Of a stretch of 64,000 nucleotides of DNA, positions 61,814-64,000 are shown one piece after another. Positions within the stretch are counted from its first letter, which is position 1. The number at the start of each line of letters is the position of its first letter. The stretch comes from Alphaproteobacteria bacterium. GTDB lineage: Bacteria > Pseudomonadota > Alphaproteobacteria > UBA828. The position numbers were made by a program, and so were the translations under genes. The notes under the pieces are model-generated. The model was not told the DNA's origin. It searched no databases and saw nothing but the letters and a program-made list of their open reading frames with translations. Location of the stretch: contig CBDCQT010000011.1 of assembly GCA_965220745.1 (NCBI GenBank), forward strand, positions 384,001 through 448,000, in the 5' to 3' direction.

Positions 61814-62998
61814 TTATTCGAAGCCGCAGGCCGCGGCCGTCGTCCCGATCGAGGCCCACTGGCCGGTGCGCTCGCCGAAGCAGCCGTCGCGCCACGCGCC
61901 CTCGAAGATGGTGCCGTCGGCTTGCGTGTATGTGCCTTGGCCGTGCGGCCTGCCCTCGCGCCATCCACCCACGTAGCGCGCGCCGTTGGCCTGGGTAAGT
62001 GTCCCATGCCCGTGCTGCTTGCCGTCCCGAAGCTCGCCCTCGTAGCGGAAGCCGTTGGCCCAGTTCAGGACCCCACGTCCGTGCATCTTGCCGTCCCGCA
62101 TGGCACCGTCGTACACGCCCTCGCCACCGCGAAAGACCAGGCGCCCGCTGCCCGCTGCCTTGCCGTTCATGCAGGGGCCCGACCAGGTGAGCGGCTCGTA
62201 GTTCGTGTTGCCGTAGTTCCACACCTCGCAAGGCTGGTTCTCCGCGATCGACCAGCTCGGGCCCGAGGGCTGGGAAGAGGCTGGTGTATCGGGGGCCGGC
62301 GTGGACGGCGTGCTTGGCGTCGAGCGCGGCCGTTCCGCCACCAGTCTCAGGAGCGGTCCGTAGATGTACGCCTCATCGCCGCTGCGCGGGTATTCCACCC
62401 GCAGCCAGTCTCGACCCCGAACCTCACCGGTCACGTGCAGCTCGTCGCCGGCCATCACAGTCCCCACGATGTCGTAGTCGGGGCTGGGGCCGGTCCTGAT
62501 ATTGGCCGCCTCTCTCGCCGACATCAGGCGATCCACCGGCTTTACCCTGTGGCGTCCCCCCAGTGTAGTTTCCAGGACGGGCTCTTCGTCCTGTTCGCTT
62601 GCGGCGTCATCGACCCGGAGAGGGTCCTCGGCCCCGCACTTGGACCGCTCGAACGAGAAGTGCCCGACGCATGCCCGCGCCTGGTCACGGAACCTGGGCA
62701 GACAGTCGGCAAACTCCTGGTTTTCGGCCTCGGTCGCGAACCGGGTGTTCTCCCAGCAGAGCGCGATCTTGCGGTCGATGGTGCCAAGGCACTGCGCGCG
62801 CTGCGCGGGGAGATCTGTGTATGTGTCGCCTTCGATGTCGCCGTGCAGGGGCTTGACGATGCGCCCGTCGGTCGTCTCGCAATCGAAGGAGAAGCTCCGG
62901 ATTTCCGCTTCTGCGGCCTCGGCGCCAGACCAGAGCATCAGCGCAGCGAGCCCAGCTGCGACCGCTGCCAAGACCCTCATGCCGTTGCGGTGCCGCAT
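61814..62998 (-). CDS. Secreted protein: Cys-rich N-domain + bacterial SH3 + Pro/Ser linker + MORN repeats
   Basis: Signal peptide; ANIRTGPSPDY..DWLRV (SH3b); four Y.G...DG..HG.G MORN repeats. Confidence 0.8.
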   Translation of the reverse strand: MRHRNGMRVLAAVAAGLAALMLWSGAEAAEAEIRSFSFDCETTDGRIVKPLHGDIEGDTYTDLPAQRAQCLGTIDRKIALCWENTRFATEAENQEFADCLPRFRDQARACVGHFSFERSKCGAEDPLRVDDAASEQDEEPVLETTLGGRHRVKPVDRLMSAREAANIRTGPSPDYDIVGTVMAGDELHVTGEVRGRDWLRVEYPRSGDEAYIYGPLLRLVAERPRSTPSTPSTPAPDTPASSQPSGPSWSIAENQPCEVWNYGNTNYEPLTWSGPCMNGKAAGSGRLVFRGGEGVYDGAMRDGKMHGRGVLNWANGFRYEGELRDGKQHGHGTLTQANGARYVGGWREGRPHGQGTYTQADGTIFEGAWRDGCFGERTGQWASIGTTAAACGFE

Positions 62999-63138
62999 GT
63001 CCTGCACCACCCCTTCAGCCCGCTCCAATCGCGCCATGCCTAAGATGCACGTCTCTGTGCGCCGAGTATAGTACAGGAGGCGGCCGCTATGAATTTCGGT
63101 GGGGCGGCCGCCTGACCCCATGGCGAAGAGAGTCGCCG

Positions 63139-63558
63139 ATGGATGCCGACGAAATCATCGCCCGCTACGAACTGACACCGCACCCTGAGGGCGGCCACTA
63201 CCGCGAGATCTTTCGCGCGCACGCCGAAGACGGCGGCCGCGGCGCCGTGACCTCCATCTATTACCTATTGCGGGCCGGCGAGGTCTCGGCCTGGCACCGG
63301 GTCGATGCGGTGGAGATCTGGCACTACCACGCCGGCGATGCGCTCAGGCTCGAGCTTTCGCTGGATGGCGTCGAGATCACTAGCCATCGGCTCGGCGTGG
63401 ACGAGGGTGCGTGGCCTCAAGTCGTGGTTCCCGTCGGCGTCTGGCAAAGCGCGCGTCCGGAAGGCGCCTGGACACTGGTCGGGTGCACGGTAGCACCGGC
63501 GTTCGAGTTCGCCGGCTTCGAGCTGGCCCCACCCGGCTGGCAGCCGGGGCGCGCGTAG
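63139..63558 (+). CDS. Cupin domain protein (DUF985/Cupin_5)
   Basis: PHPEGGHYRE, TSIYYLL, SAWHRV..EIWHYHAG, LVGCTVAPAFEF. Confidence 0.92.
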   Translation: MDADEIIARYELTPHPEGGHYREIFRAHAEDGGRGAVTSIYYLLRAGEVSAWHRVDAVEIWHYHAGDALRLELSLDGVEITSHRLGVDEGAWPQVVVPVGVWQSARPEGAWTLVGCTVAPAFEFAGFELAPPGWQPGRA

Positions 63559-63579
63559 TGCTTGCGTGGGGATGCCCCG

Positions 63580-64000
63580 CTAACCCCTCTCTGCGGCGAA
63601 GTTTGCCAGGCGCTCCACGACAAAGCGGAGCGATTCCTCCGTCGTCCTGCGGCTGATGATGCCGAGGCGGACGGCCTCGGGCCCGTCGGGTCTCAGCGCC
63701 TCGGCCCAGGCCAGCACGCCTTCGTTCCGCAGATGCTGGACTGCGTCGGTAGCGGTGAAGGCGCCGGCCCGCATCGCCGGGTGAACGGTGCAGACGACCG
63801 GCAACGGCGTCCGGTTGACGATCTCCCAGCCCGCCTCGCGCAGCATGCCGCGCAGCGTATCGCCCAGCGCCGCTTCCCCCTCGATCCGCTGCGCCAGCGC
63901 CGCCGGCTGAAGAACGGACGTGAGCACCCGGAGCCCGCTGTTGGCGCGCGAGCCCTGGAGCGACATGGAGGAGAACTCATGCCGCTCCGCCGGCCGGTCA
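63580..64000 (-). CDS. Probable group II PLP-dependent decarboxylase, C-terminal part (5' outside window)
   Basis: SLQGSRANSGLRV..PLPVVC..AVRLGIISRRTT resembles the decarboxylase C-terminal region; the catalytic Lys is not visible. Confidence 0.55.
   Translation of the reverse strand, partial: DRPAERHEFSSMSLQGSRANSGLRVLTSVLQPAALAQRIEGEAALGDTLRGMLREAGWEIVNRTPLPVVCTVHPAMRAGAFTATDAVQHLRNEGVLAWAEALRPDGPEAVRLGIISRRTTEESLRFVVERLANFAAERG

Overview
High-GC (~70%) chromosomal segment of an alphaproteobacterium. The alpha-type LexA box, the lexA-comEC-gltX block, the bamE/cbp3-yceD-rpmF-plsX-fabH-ihfA-merR block and a Zn-free L36 support this; Rhodospirillales-like is an inference. It holds about 62 CDS, mostly housekeeping and catabolic genes (uvrD, hldE, prpE, nth, lexA, gltX, hisI, zur-znuCB, glcDEF, hppA, boxBC, paaK, pheA, dinB). 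No rRNA, tRNA, CRISPR array, transposase or integrase was seen. The most notable items are: (1) an amino-acid-ABC-like module (orphan SBP, SBP-permease fusion, second permease) with no ATPase and degenerate EAA coupling loops, directly upstream of a membrane HAMP-PP2C phosphatase and near a STAS antagonist, a candidate transporter-derived sensory/partner-switching system; (2) two ungapped ~149-bp six-hairpin elements with compensatory base-pair changes and UNCG loops, each in a convergent gene gap; (3) a barbiturase-type ring-opening amidohydrolase paired with a CodA/AtzC-like deaminase directly behind gltX; (4) a Fic gene with a non-canonical motif preceded by six copies of an operator-like 9-mer; (5) a helically phased 10-bp repeat array with no gene to regulate; (6) a 45-bp AT-rich recoded patch inside gltX. 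All product calls come from motif recognition by eye; no database searches were run.
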